Shown one piece after another: positions 17,191-26,880 of a DNA stretch of 64,000 nt. Every line of letters starts with the position of its first letter. Position 1 is the first letter of the stretch. Origin of the DNA: an uncultured bacterium. Its GTDB lineage: Bacteria; Vulcanimicrobiota; Xenobia; Xenobiales; Xenobiaceae. Location: NCBI GenBank assembly GCA_958366945.1, contig CATXCY010000005.1, positions 19,708 to 83,707 on the forward strand, in the 5' to 3' direction. The translations under genes and the position numbers were made by a program. A model generated the notes under the pieces. It made no database searches and was not told the DNA's origin. It saw only the letters and a program-made list of their open reading frames with translations.

Positions 17191-19227
17191 TTATTTCTCC
17201 CAGTGAGGCAAAACAGTAGAAGCGCTGTCGTCCTCTTGAAGGATTTTTCTCTCTTTCATAACTTTCGTGATAATTTCTGTATTGCGTCCGCCGTTGCTCT
17301 GGGCATCAATTTTGAGCATAGCTATAGCAACTTTGCGGTACATATAACTATCTTGATCGCCGTGCATGCGCAAATCATTGCTATGCAATCCTTTTACAAG
17401 TAATTCCATAGCTTCTTGTCCGGCTGCTTTAAGGGCCAAGGCGCTATCCATACCGGAGTCTATATTGCGCTGAGCTATGCCAGTCATAATGTCATAATAA
17501 GCACCACTGAAGATTAGTCCCCATTCTTGGTAGTCAAGTGCTGTAAAATCTTTACTTACAGTTCTGCCGTCATTTGACCATTGACGATCATTTATAAGTA
17601 AGCGCAAGCAATCATGTCCGCCATATTGTCCGACTTCTTCTCCCAGAGCTGCTAAGCAGTTGCTCTTTTTCCAATCGCCTTGGCATTGCTTGACGGCCAG
17701 GCGACAAACGTCAATATCTTGTGAAGACATATAGAGGGCTAGTATATCTTTGAAAGCTTCTTCAAAGGCGGGGAAGTCTTTTTCACTTGAAAGAGGGGTC
17801 TTAAGGATAGGATAGCCTAAGCAACTTGCAATTCCTGATAAAATATGACTGCCAATTCCGCGAGCGGCGATTTCTCCCGAAGCTCCGGAGAAAACTTCTG
17901 TGCTGTTCTCTTGTTTAGCAAAAGGAAAAACTAGGGTTACAAAATTAACTTTATCTAAATACGAATAGGATCCGTAATTAACCATAGAGGTTTTATCCAA
18001 TTCGTATGGCTTAATAGCAACGTCAACGCCTACACCATTCTCAGGAGAAGCATAGTCACTCAGTATTGTTACCATTTTGTCTTCAGCCAGCAAAGCTGTG
18101 GCTATGCAATTGGCAGAGACATATTCCAATGGGTTGTCTTTAAAACTGAAAACGTAGTTCTTTTGGCTGTTGGGGTAGAATTCAAAGCCGTTAATAAATT
18201 CTATATTGTTTCGCTTGGGGGCAGTTGCCGATTCGCTGTCGTAGTTGGACAGTTTAAGCGATACTGTAGTGGGAGAACAAACCGTATTATCTTGTGGATT
18301 ATAGGAAAATTCCCACATATAATCTCGGCCTACTAGGAAAACAGCACGGTTAGGTTTTATATATTTTATGCCACTGTCTGTGACTACTAACCTAATGCCA
18401 ATTTCCAGTTCGCTACTTTGATCTTCAACAACTTGGTATCGCCCTATGATATTTTCAGAAGCGGGCGCAAGGCAATCTTTTCCGTCAATTTGAGGAATGT
18501 CTAGTTCACTATCAGCTAAGCCGATAACATTATCTATGACTGTATTATCGTCGGCAACCAATTTTAAAGTATAAGTAACATATTCGTCTTTGGCTACTTC
18601 GGCTTTATCTGATTTCAGTTCCCAAGTGGCATCTTTAACTGAATGAACGCTTGTTTCAACTTCTTCAGCTTCATCTTTAGCCAGTTTGCCAAGTCTTTGT
18701 TGTGGTTTTGCGTTATTAAGTTTTAATCTGGTAAAGCCGACTGCAGCTAACTCATTTCCTTCGTTATAATAGAAGCAAGTAATGGTATTGGCGTCTTGGG
18801 GAACGTCCTTTATAGCCATTTCTTTAGCCTCAGAATCGAGGTTCAGAGTGCCTTCCAGAAGCTTAGCTTGACCTTCGCCATCGTCGAGATCTTTAGCTAC
18901 GAGGTAGCGAGCTTTGACTACTTTCAAATTTTGCAATTCGGCAATAGATTTAGAGTCAAATTGCAAACTGATTTGACGACTTTCTTCTTCCGTAGGCTGC
19001 TCCGGATTGGGAGTATTTGGAGTATTGGGGGTACTCGGAGTTGCAGGTGTAGTAGGTGTACTCGGATCGTTAGGCGTAGGCTCTGTAGAAGGAGTAGAAG
19101 TTGAAGAAGAAGCGGGGAACGCGGGAGTAGTACTTCCGCTGTCGCCACAACCGGAAATGAAGGCACTTCCAAAGATTAGGCTAGTAGCAATAGCTGAATA
19201 TGCGAAAACGCGTGTTTTTTTGTTCAT
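17191..19227 (-). CDS. surface lipoprotein, variable paralog B (678 aa)
   Basis: The first ~153 aa match paralog A except for one A5T substitution. The central region diverges and the C-terminal module is conserved but not identical. Confidence 0.85.
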   Translation of the reverse strand: MNKKTRVFAYSAIATSLIFGSAFISGCGDSGSTTPAFPASSSTSTPSTEPTPNDPSTPTTPATPSTPNTPNTPNPEQPTEEESRQISLQFDSKSIAELQNLKVVKARYLVAKDLDDGEGQAKLLEGTLNLDSEAKEMAIKDVPQDANTITCFYYNEGNELAAVGFTRLKLNNAKPQQRLGKLAKDEAEEVETSVHSVKDATWELKSDKAEVAKDEYVTYTLKLVADDNTVIDNVIGLADSELDIPQIDGKDCLAPASENIIGRYQVVEDQSSELEIGIRLVVTDSGIKYIKPNRAVFLVGRDYMWEFSYNPQDNTVCSPTTVSLKLSNYDSESATAPKRNNIEFINGFEFYPNSQKNYVFSFKDNPLEYVSANCIATALLAEDKMVTILSDYASPENGVGVDVAIKPYELDKTSMVNYGSYSYLDKVNFVTLVFPFAKQENSTEVFSGASGEIAARGIGSHILSGIASCLGYPILKTPLSSEKDFPAFEEAFKDILALYMSSQDIDVCRLAVKQCQGDWKKSNCLAALGEEVGQYGGHDCLRLLINDRQWSNDGRTVSKDFTALDYQEWGLIFSGAYYDIMTGIAQRNIDSGMDSALALKAAGQEAMELLVKGLHSNDLRMHGDQDSYMYRKVAIAMLKIDAQSNGGRNTEIITKVMKERKILQEDDSASTVLPHWEK

Positions 19228-19244
19228 GATAATCTCCTCTCAGG
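18767..19244. repeat. 478 bp direct repeat, copy 2
   Basis: See copy 1. The offset is exactly 2162 bp. Confidence 0.9.
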
Positions 19245-19665
19245 CAGGGATAACAGGGACGTTTTCAGTTGCTATAAGCCTATTTTTTGGCAATCAATTT
19301 ACAAAAAATATACAGAAAAAACAAAAACGAAATGTCAGTAGCAATAAATAAAAACAATAATTGCTTTTATTTTACTGTATAAGATGTGCACAATAAAAGA
19401 ATTGAGCACAAGCAAACAAAGCTTAAAAGCTCCCTTGAAAACGCCTATTTTAATTGATAAACGCGAACACTTGAATGCAAATTTGCTGTCTGAAATTAAA
19501 AAAAGGACATACACTTGCAGACAGAAACACACAGGCTGAACCGTCCCTTGGCGGTTCGATCAGTTTAATAATACACGCACATTAAATAAGATGCAAGATA
19601 TATAAACAAAAAAACGCAGTTTATGGCTTGACTACAAGCTGAAACCGCGTTTTTTCGGGCATTTT

Positions 19666-21813
19666 TTAAGCTAAATTGCCTGTTCTGGGGCATTCTTCGA
19701 GGACGGTAGCTGAATGGGGAGGTAGAGTACAATACTTACTAACTTTGTACACACTAGGATCGCTGTAAGTATTGACAACAACTTGCCATTGAGCCCAAGG
19801 TTTAGCCTGCGGTAAGGTAAATTCTCTGGGACACATATCGTTGTTGAAAAGTAAAAGGAAAGAGCTGTCTTTAAGTTTGTTGCATTTTTCGTCTAGATCG
19901 TCGAGCCATTCGCCATCAATGTACATGCCAAAGGCACCGCAACTTTGCTGATCCCAATCTGAACCGTGCATTTCCTTGCCGCTTAAGTTAAGCCAAACAA
20001 CATCTTTGGCGCCGCTTTCTGTTTGGCCTCTGAAAAAAGTCGAGCGCCTAAAAGCTGGGTGCTTTTGGCGAAGTTCGATGACGGCTTTGGTAAAAGCAAA
20101 AAGTTGTTGCTGTTTAGGGCTTATATTCCAGTTGTAATAAGAAATTTCATTATCTTGGCAATAAGCATTATTGTTTCCATATTGGGTGCGGGCAATTTCA
20201 TCACCGCCCAAGAGCATAGGAATGCCTTGACTGAGCAAAATAGTTAAGATGAAATTGCGCATTTGACGCCAGCGCAAGTTCATAATACCTTCGTTGGTGG
20301 TAGGCCCTTCATAACCGCAATTCCAGTTGTTATTGTCGTTGGTGCCATCTCGATTACCTTCGCCGTTAGCTTGATTGCGCTTTTGCTGGTAAGTAACTAA
20401 ATCATACAAGGTAAAACCGTCATGAGCTGTGACAAAATTTATGCTGGCTAAAGGACTCCTATTCCAATACAAATCGCTGGAACCGCTCAATTTGGAGGCC
20501 ATTTTACCTAAAAGGCCTCCATCGCCTTTCCAAAAGCGTCTCACGGTGTCGCGCCAATCGCCATTCCATTCGCTCCAACCTTTAGGAAATTTTCCCACTT
20601 GGTAGCCATCAGGGCCGCAATCCCAAGGCTCGGCGATAAGCTTAGTGCGATTTAAAATTGGATCTTGGGCCAGAACTCCCAAAAAGCTGGAGTGAGTGCG
20701 ATAATTATTACCGGAAGCAGTACGAGCTAAAGTTGTAGCTAGGTCAAAACGGAAACCATCGACATGCATTTCCTGTACCCAATAGCGCAAACTATCGGCT
20801 ACTAATTGTAAGGTACGCGGATTTCTGGTGTCTAAACTATTACCGCAACCGGTAAAATTGCAATAATTGTGCTGGCAACTGGGCTCTAAGCGATAATAAG
20901 TGGGGTTGTCTAAGCCACGCATAGAGAGCTGTGGCCCGTCGTTGCCTTGCTCGGCAGTATGGTTGTAAACCACATCTAAGATAACTTCGATGCCTGCTTT
21001 ATGCAAAGCTTTTACCATAGACTTAAATTCGTTTACTGCGTCGGGAGAGGAACTGTAACGAGGATCGGGACAGAAGAAGCCTAAGCTATTGTATCCCCAA
21101 TAATTGCTTAAACTAAGGCCGTCGAGACGCCCTTCGCTGGCAGATAAGTGAATAGGCAATAGTTCTACGGCCGTAATGCCTAAATCTTTAAGGTAATTGA
21201 TAGAGTCAGGATGGGCCAAGCCTGCGTAAGTTCCGCGTATCTTTTCAGGAAGTGAAGTTTTCAACTTAGTGAAACCTTTAACATGGACTTCATAAATAAT
21301 AGTTTCGTTTAAAGGCCTACGCAGTGGCTGATCGCCTTCCCAGTCGAAAGCTTCATCGTCTACAACTACACTCTTAAGCATATAAGGAGCGCTGTCGCGT
21401 ACGTCGCGGCTGAACAAATTGGTTCTGCGCAAAGAACTTTGGCTATTTTTAGTGTATTTTTCATAGCCGTAGATTGCATCGCAATTGATTAGCTTACCGC
21501 TGACAGCTTTGGCATAAGGATCTAAAAGAAGTTTATCAGGATTAAAATATAAGCCATGATTAGGATCGAAAGAACCATGGGCTCTATATCCATAGCGAAG
21601 TCCGGGTTTAGCTTGAGGCAAAAAACAGTGCCAAACACCTTCAACTTGATTCATATGGATATTCGGTTTGATTTCATTGCCGTCTTTGTCGAAGAGGCAT
21701 AAAACAACCATAGTGGCATTCTCTGAATAAACGGCAAAATTTACGCCTTCACCTGTCCAGGTTGCTCCCAGAGGGTACTTCTCTCCTGGACGAATGTCAT
21801 AGGGAATACTCAT
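19666..21813 (-). CDS. glgX: glycogen debranching enzyme GlgX (GH13)
   Basis: 715 aa. It has the N-terminal CBM48-like region (YPLGATWTGEGVNFAVYS) and the GH13 catalytic regions (GFRFDLA, AEPWD). Confidence 0.85.
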   Translation of the reverse strand: MSIPYDIRPGEKYPLGATWTGEGVNFAVYSENATMVVLCLFDKDGNEIKPNIHMNQVEGVWHCFLPQAKPGLRYGYRAHGSFDPNHGLYFNPDKLLLDPYAKAVSGKLINCDAIYGYEKYTKNSQSSLRRTNLFSRDVRDSAPYMLKSVVVDDEAFDWEGDQPLRRPLNETIIYEVHVKGFTKLKTSLPEKIRGTYAGLAHPDSINYLKDLGITAVELLPIHLSASEGRLDGLSLSNYWGYNSLGFFCPDPRYSSSPDAVNEFKSMVKALHKAGIEVILDVVYNHTAEQGNDGPQLSMRGLDNPTYYRLEPSCQHNYCNFTGCGNSLDTRNPRTLQLVADSLRYWVQEMHVDGFRFDLATTLARTASGNNYRTHSSFLGVLAQDPILNRTKLIAEPWDCGPDGYQVGKFPKGWSEWNGDWRDTVRRFWKGDGGLLGKMASKLSGSSDLYWNRSPLASINFVTAHDGFTLYDLVTYQQKRNQANGEGNRDGTNDNNNWNCGYEGPTTNEGIMNLRWRQMRNFILTILLSQGIPMLLGGDEIARTQYGNNNAYCQDNEISYYNWNISPKQQQLFAFTKAVIELRQKHPAFRRSTFFRGQTESGAKDVVWLNLSGKEMHGSDWDQQSCGAFGMYIDGEWLDDLDEKCNKLKDSSFLLLFNNDMCPREFTLPQAKPWAQWQVVVNTYSDPSVYKVSKYCTLPPHSATVLEECPRTGNLA

Positions 21814-22022
21814 AAATAATAGATCCTAACGTCTGATTTTTGCAAAAATTTGCTCTAGGTTAGCAATTTAGCCGAAATTTCCTGGCATAAAAGCCGAGGC
21901 GACATGTTTGCTCTTAATTTATATAAAAAAGAGCAGCCTACACAGACTGCTCTTTGGCTTTGTGAATGTATCCGTGAAGGGCTTAAGACTTTAGTCAAAA
22001 AATTAACGGATAATTCGCCGTA

Positions 22023-23057
22023 TTAAACATTAAAACGAATGTTTAAAATATCACCATCTTTTACGACGTAGTCCTTACCTTCCACTCTCAGCAAGCCTTT
22101 TTCTTTGGCTACATTAAGTGAACCACATTCAATGAAGGTTGGATAGTCAATAACTTCAGCTCTAATGAAACCTCTTTGCAAATCGCTGTGAATCTCTCCG
22201 GCAGCTTCCGGAGCTTTGGCACCGACTTTAGTAGTCCAAGCGCGACATTCATCTTCGCCGGCTGTAAAGAAAGTTTGCAAACCGAGCTTTTTGTAGCAAA
22301 TGCTAATCAGTCTGTCCAGGCCGCTTTCATTTATGCCTAAATCGGCCATAAATTCAACACGTTCGTCTGCGGAAAGGTCAGCCAACTGAGCTTCGATTTC
22401 GGCTGAGATAGCTAAGCAAGGTGTCCCTCGTTTATCGCAGAGCTCTTTGAGCGCTTTGTAATGAGGACCGCCGTCTTCAATATCGTTTTCAGAAATGTTG
22501 GCTACTACAATGCGAGGCTTAATGCAAAGCAAGCCTAAGCCGGAGAGAATTTTTTTCTCTTCCTCATCGAATTGCGGAACAGCTGAAATATCGCCGTCGT
22601 TTAAAGGTTTAGCTAAAGACTCCAGCAGAGCGCGCTCTTTAGGATCAAGCTTTTTGGCTCGCTCAAGCTTGCCTTCCACTACCTTAAGGTCGGCTAAGAG
22701 AAGCTCTGTTTCGAAAGAATCGATGTCAGCCAAAGGATCGACGCCTTCTAAATAGGGGTGATTGAAGCAGCGTACTACTTCCAGCAATAAGGTAGAAGTG
22801 CGAATTTCTGCTACCGCTTGGGAGCCTAATCCGGAACTTCCGCCGCCAGGCATATCCAAAAAGTCTACTGTAGCCGGAGTAGTTTTTTTCGGCTTAAAAA
22901 TATCGGACAATCTTTGTAACCTTTCGTCTGGTACAGCTGCTCTGGCTAAAGGCTGTTTGCGTCCTGAAACGTCAGATTCGGACAAACAAGTGAGGGATTT
23001 GAATAAAGTTGATTTACCGGATTGAGACAGACCGGTAATGCCAATAGATAACGCCAT
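22023..23057 (-). CDS. ychF: YchF/OLA1-family P-loop GTPase/ATPase
   Basis: G1 motif GLSQSGKSTLF and a C-terminal TGS-like domain (DFQRGFIRAEVI...VVKDGDILNIRFNV). The second ATG is preferred on RBS spacing. Confidence 0.7.
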   Translation of the reverse strand: MALSIGITGLSQSGKSTLFKSLTCLSESDVSGRKQPLARAAVPDERLQRLSDIFKPKKTTPATVDFLDMPGGGSSGLGSQAVAEIRTSTLLLEVVRCFNHPYLEGVDPLADIDSFETELLLADLKVVEGKLERAKKLDPKERALLESLAKPLNDGDISAVPQFDEEEKKILSGLGLLCIKPRIVVANISENDIEDGGPHYKALKELCDKRGTPCLAISAEIEAQLADLSADERVEFMADLGINESGLDRLISICYKKLGLQTFFTAGEDECRAWTTKVGAKAPEAAGEIHSDLQRGFIRAEVIDYPTFIECGSLNVAKEKGLLRVEGKDYVVKDGDILNIRFNV

Positions 23058-23230
23058 AATGGCCATCCTTTTCTGCTAAGTGTAAATTCTGTCCTGCCTT
23101 TAAGAGTGGCTAAGCTGTGTGGCTGTGAGAAGGCTACTAGCATTTTTTTAGCAATGTTTTACCTTTTGAAGATATTGAGAAGGTTTTAATTTAACTGTTC
23201 CTTAATTTTCGAAGTTCTGACAAAGAACAC

Positions 23231-24448
23231 ATGATTTTTTATCGCTTAGACATTTCTGCAGTTAGGAGCAGCGTTGTGTCAGAGAGAAAAACTTATAGGA
23301 CTATAGCTAAGACTGTCGATTCTCAAGCCGATGTCTTTATTATAAATAGTACCTCCGGATATAATATCGGAGCTTTCTTGATCTTTACCGGTTTAGTCGG
23401 TGGCATTCCACTTTACTACATGTTCAGTGCCTTGGTATTGCGAATAGGCAATCCCAATTTATTTCCAGGTTTGATTCTTTCTTTACTCATAATTGCTTTG
23501 GGGATTTTTGCCATTTTCTTTGCAACTAAGCAAGTTAAAGTGTTTAACAGCGGTAAAGGCGGCAGTGTCTCTATTAAGGACGGTATCTTAGCTCAGGAAA
23601 TAACTTATACATATGGAGAAAGTCCGAAAATAAGACTTAGTGTTGCTGAAGTAAATAGTGGCAAGATAGCTTTAGACAGCTGGGAAATAACTCTTATGGA
23701 CGGACGCTGTCAATTTTTACTCGATTTTAGGGTGGGGCGCTTGCAAGAAAGTAAAGCTTTGGCCGAATTTTTGGCTAAGTCGATGCGTTGCGATCTATTG
23801 GTAGTGTTTGATGCGGTTCGCTCTGTTACTATTCCTTACACCGACGTCGATTTACCTTATTGCTTGCGTGTAAAGAAATATCCTATTTTGGCTTCTCCAC
23901 ATCCAAGACGTCCGGACAATTGTCCTGTGAAAGTAGAAGATGTCAACTATGGTTTAGGCAGACGCTATAGCTGGGGGCTTATGGCTTCAGGTGTTCCTAC
24001 AGAGCTTATCTGGTTGATTTCTGCAGTAATTGCTGTGGGAGTTACGCCGTTTTGGAAAGTTAAAAATCACTATGTTTCGTTTTTAAGCGAGTCTATGACT
24101 ACTGGTGACTGGTCATTCTTTATCGGAGCGGCAACCTTAATAGCTGTGCTATGTATAGTTGAGTTCGGCTACAGAAGCGTTATAGAAATTAATGAACAAA
24201 GAGTCAATATTCGCAAAGAGATCTGGGGCTTGGCTTATTACACCAGAAGTTTTATTTTAGACGATTTAGAGGAAATACTGACACGTAAGACTGACAGTCA
24301 AAATTGTGTTGTCTTTACTGGTGACAACTTGGTTGTCTCTATGAGAGTCAGTGGCCCTGACATAGCTGACTATTTAGCAGCAGATATACAGTATTTCCTC
24401 ACTTCTGGTCAGGCTGTTGCCGATACGCCAGCCGCTCCGCAAGTTTAA
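23231..24448 (+). CDS. hypothetical polytopic membrane protein
   Basis: 405 aa with several hydrophobic helices. No recognisable motif. Confidence 0.5.
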   Translation: MIFYRLDISAVRSSVVSERKTYRTIAKTVDSQADVFIINSTSGYNIGAFLIFTGLVGGIPLYYMFSALVLRIGNPNLFPGLILSLLIIALGIFAIFFATKQVKVFNSGKGGSVSIKDGILAQEITYTYGESPKIRLSVAEVNSGKIALDSWEITLMDGRCQFLLDFRVGRLQESKALAEFLAKSMRCDLLVVFDAVRSVTIPYTDVDLPYCLRVKKYPILASPHPRRPDNCPVKVEDVNYGLGRRYSWGLMASGVPTELIWLISAVIAVGVTPFWKVKNHYVSFLSESMTTGDWSFFIGAATLIAVLCIVEFGYRSVIEINEQRVNIRKEIWGLAYYTRSFILDDLEEILTRKTDSQNCVVFTGDNLVVSMRVSGPDIADYLAADIQYFLTSGQAVADTPAAPQV

Positions 24449-24489
24449 CTTCTTTGACATAATTTTTAAGATTGACATTTTTATCGCAA

Positions 24490-24560
24490 TATGTCTGACT
24501 TTTTATTTTTTTATTGACTGACATAATGTCAGATATGTGTCAGATATTGACTGACAATTT
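24490..24560. repeat. second cluster of TGTCAGA/TTGACTGACA repeats
   Basis: atgtctgac ... ttgactgaca-taa-tgtcagata-tg-tgtcagata-ttgactgaca. Confidence 0.6.
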
Positions 24561-24564
24561 TACA

Positions 24565-24612
24565 TAAAAAAGAAGCTCGCTTCCGCATTCAGGAAGCGAG
24601 CTTCTTTTTTAT
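24565..24612. terminator. bidirectional terminator with a 14 bp perfect stem
   Basis: A6-AGAAGCTCGCTTCC-gcattca-GGAAGCGAGCTTCT-T6. Confidence 0.85.
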
Positions 24613-24630
24613 GTGTCAGTCAGAATAGAC

Positions 24631-26187
24631 TTAGAAGATTTTGGTAAGCAATCCATTTCTAAAGAAAGATAAACTGTACTTACTGGTACTAGGAGTTACC
24701 AAACCTACACCAACGTTATCTTCAGGAGCAGAATAGCTGATACTGTAGTAATTGTTGGACATAGACTTTACTTTGTACTGATTGCTCTTAGAAGTAACTG
24801 TAACGGGAACAGCTCTGCCGAGAGCGCTGGCCTCGTCAGCGCCATGCAAGTAGTTCTTATTTAAATCAATGCTCTTGTAGTTATATAAGGCAGGAGCGTT
24901 GTCTCTATTGCTCAGTAAGTTAGTCATACCGAAATCGTAATAGAGTTGACTGAACTCTGTGCCGGTCACATCTTCGATATTGTCAAAACTTACATTCGGA
25001 GAAGTAGCAATCTCGGTAATAGTGCTATCGCCGTAGCGATCAGTGATATATTTCATTAAAAGATAAGCCTGACCGTACTCTCCTAAAGCGTTGTTGAAAG
25101 ACAACAGAGAGACCTTGCCGGGATTGGCGAGGTAAGCACTAGCTGTACTGAAAAGGTAAGAGTTGCTGGGAGCTTTAGTTTCTTCGTCTTCGGCTCTCAT
25201 TCTGAAACCGCAGAAATCCTCTGCCAAGGTAGACTTACCTTCGTTGATGGTCGTATCTTCGTATTCTCCGGAAAACTCACCATCTAAGCACACTTTCTGG
25301 TTGAAGTCACACATGTGCTGGAATTCGTGAGCGATAGTGGAATACAAGTCGGCGTCGGCGCAATTGCTATTCAGATAAAGAATTTCACCTTCGTTGCTGT
25401 ACTTAGAATCTTTCTTGGAAAAAGCATCTTTAGGATCAAAGTAACCATAAAGATTCTTCTTCATGCTGCTGCACATCATGATGATGATTTTTTCTTCGCC
25501 GTCGCGACCGCCGTCTTTATTCCACTCTGTACCAAAGATACTACGAACTCGGTCACCGATAGCTTTAACTTCATCGTCACAAGGGTTGGCGTCACCGAAC
25601 ATCTTGTCTATTTCAAAAGCTTTGGTTTCGTCAATGCAAGCTTCGTCGGTTTCAGGATCGACCTCAGCGAAAACTAAAACTGACTTAGTTTCGCTATTGT
25701 CAAGTATCTTACGGAAAGTGGCCTTAGTAGTAGTACCGCTGAAGTTGAAGTCGGCGTTAATTACAACATCTTCATCTTTGGCGGTATCAGTATAGACGGT
25801 GTTGGGAGTGAAAGACTCTTTTCCCAAAACTTTAACATCGGTAGCTTTGGCTTTTAAAAGTTCGCTGGCTTCTTCGATGAGCTTGTGGGTGAGACCATGA
25901 GGATCGGCGCCTTCTTCAGCTTCAAGCTTAGCTTCCGCTTCCGTCGTGGATGAAGTTTTGGCCGGAAGAGCGGAACTGGTTATGTAAATGTCATCAGTAA
26001 AGCCCTTTTCGCTTTGGCCGTTACTAACCAGTAAAGTGGAGCTATCCGCAGCGGTGACTGTGCCCAGTTCATATTTTTTAGTTAAATTATCGGTGGGAGA
26101 CCAGTTGTCATCATCAGAACAGCCAGCCATAGTTAAGCACAGCGCCGAACAGGCGATACCTAAAAGTAATTTTTCCGTTACTCGCAT
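24631..26187 (-). CDS. secreted zinc metalloprotease lipoprotein (HEXXH)
   Basis: Lipobox signal (LCLTMAGCSDD) and a HEXXH motif (IAHEFQHMCDF). 518 aa. Confidence 0.65.
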   Translation of the reverse strand: MRVTEKLLLGIACSALCLTMAGCSDDDNWSPTDNLTKKYELGTVTAADSSTLLVSNGQSEKGFTDDIYITSSALPAKTSSTTEAEAKLEAEEGADPHGLTHKLIEEASELLKAKATDVKVLGKESFTPNTVYTDTAKDEDVVINADFNFSGTTTKATFRKILDNSETKSVLVFAEVDPETDEACIDETKAFEIDKMFGDANPCDDEVKAIGDRVRSIFGTEWNKDGGRDGEEKIIIMMCSSMKKNLYGYFDPKDAFSKKDSKYSNEGEILYLNSNCADADLYSTIAHEFQHMCDFNQKVCLDGEFSGEYEDTTINEGKSTLAEDFCGFRMRAEDEETKAPSNSYLFSTASAYLANPGKVSLLSFNNALGEYGQAYLLMKYITDRYGDSTITEIATSPNVSFDNIEDVTGTEFSQLYYDFGMTNLLSNRDNAPALYNYKSIDLNKNYLHGADEASALGRAVPVTVTSKSNQYKVKSMSNNYYSISYSAPEDNVGVGLVTPSTSKYSLSFFRNGLLTKIF

Positions 26188-26310
26188 TACTAGAGTTGTC
26201 TCCTTAATTTGAGGTCTGCGACCATCAGCACAGAAGAAAAACCCGCCTGACCAGAGTTTACCGTTTCAATGGCGCAGCGCTATGTATATACGTTAGAATT
26301 ATGGAGGAGA

Positions 26311-26693
26311 AAAACGTGAGACTGTAAGCCGGGTTCTGTATCTGCTTATAAAGCTGATGGCAGCCATTTATCTGTGAAACATGTTGCCATGTTCCTCTAG
26401 CGATCTTTTGAGAAGGGATCCGACGGGCCGCCGGGCGCTTAAGACGCTCCTTCTGCTGATCTTGCTCCAAGTGGGGTTTACCTGGCCAGCACGTCTCCGC
26501 ACTGCCGGTGGGCTCTTACCCCGCCGTTGCACCCTTACCTGAACTTTCTTATGAAAGTTAGGCGGTCTAACATTTCTGTGGCACTTTCCTGAAGGTTGCC
26601 CCTACTGGACGTTATCCAGCACCCTGCCCTAGGGAGCCCGGACTTTCCTCAGGAGTTCTATAAAAACTCCCGCGGCTGCCCGTCTCACGTCAA
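26311..26693 (-). ncRNA. rnpB: RNase P RNA, bacterial type A
   Basis: Minus-strand reads include GAGGAAAGUCCGGGCUCCCUAGGGCAGGGUGC (the P4 region) and CAGGUAAGGGUGCAACGGCGGGGUAAGAGCCCACC. Other conserved segments are GGUAAACCCCACUUGGAGCAAG, ACAGAAAUGU and the 3' ACAGAACCCGGCUUA. The P1 helix ACGUGAGAC/GUCUCACGU defines the ends. The gene is a GC-rich island in AT-rich DNA. Confidence 0.95.
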
Positions 26694-26880
26694 ACTCCAA
26701 TTCTACAAACTCTGTGCCTGAGTTCCTTCTTTTTGTTTTACTTCCTGCCGCTTGAAGCATAACCTAAAGCGAAGCATGCATGTTTTGGTTCTACATGGCA
26801 TTCTCCACAAAAAAATACGCTTGAGATTTGAAAATCTCAAGCGTATTAATTATTACTACTATTTTGGCAATTGGTGTTTT

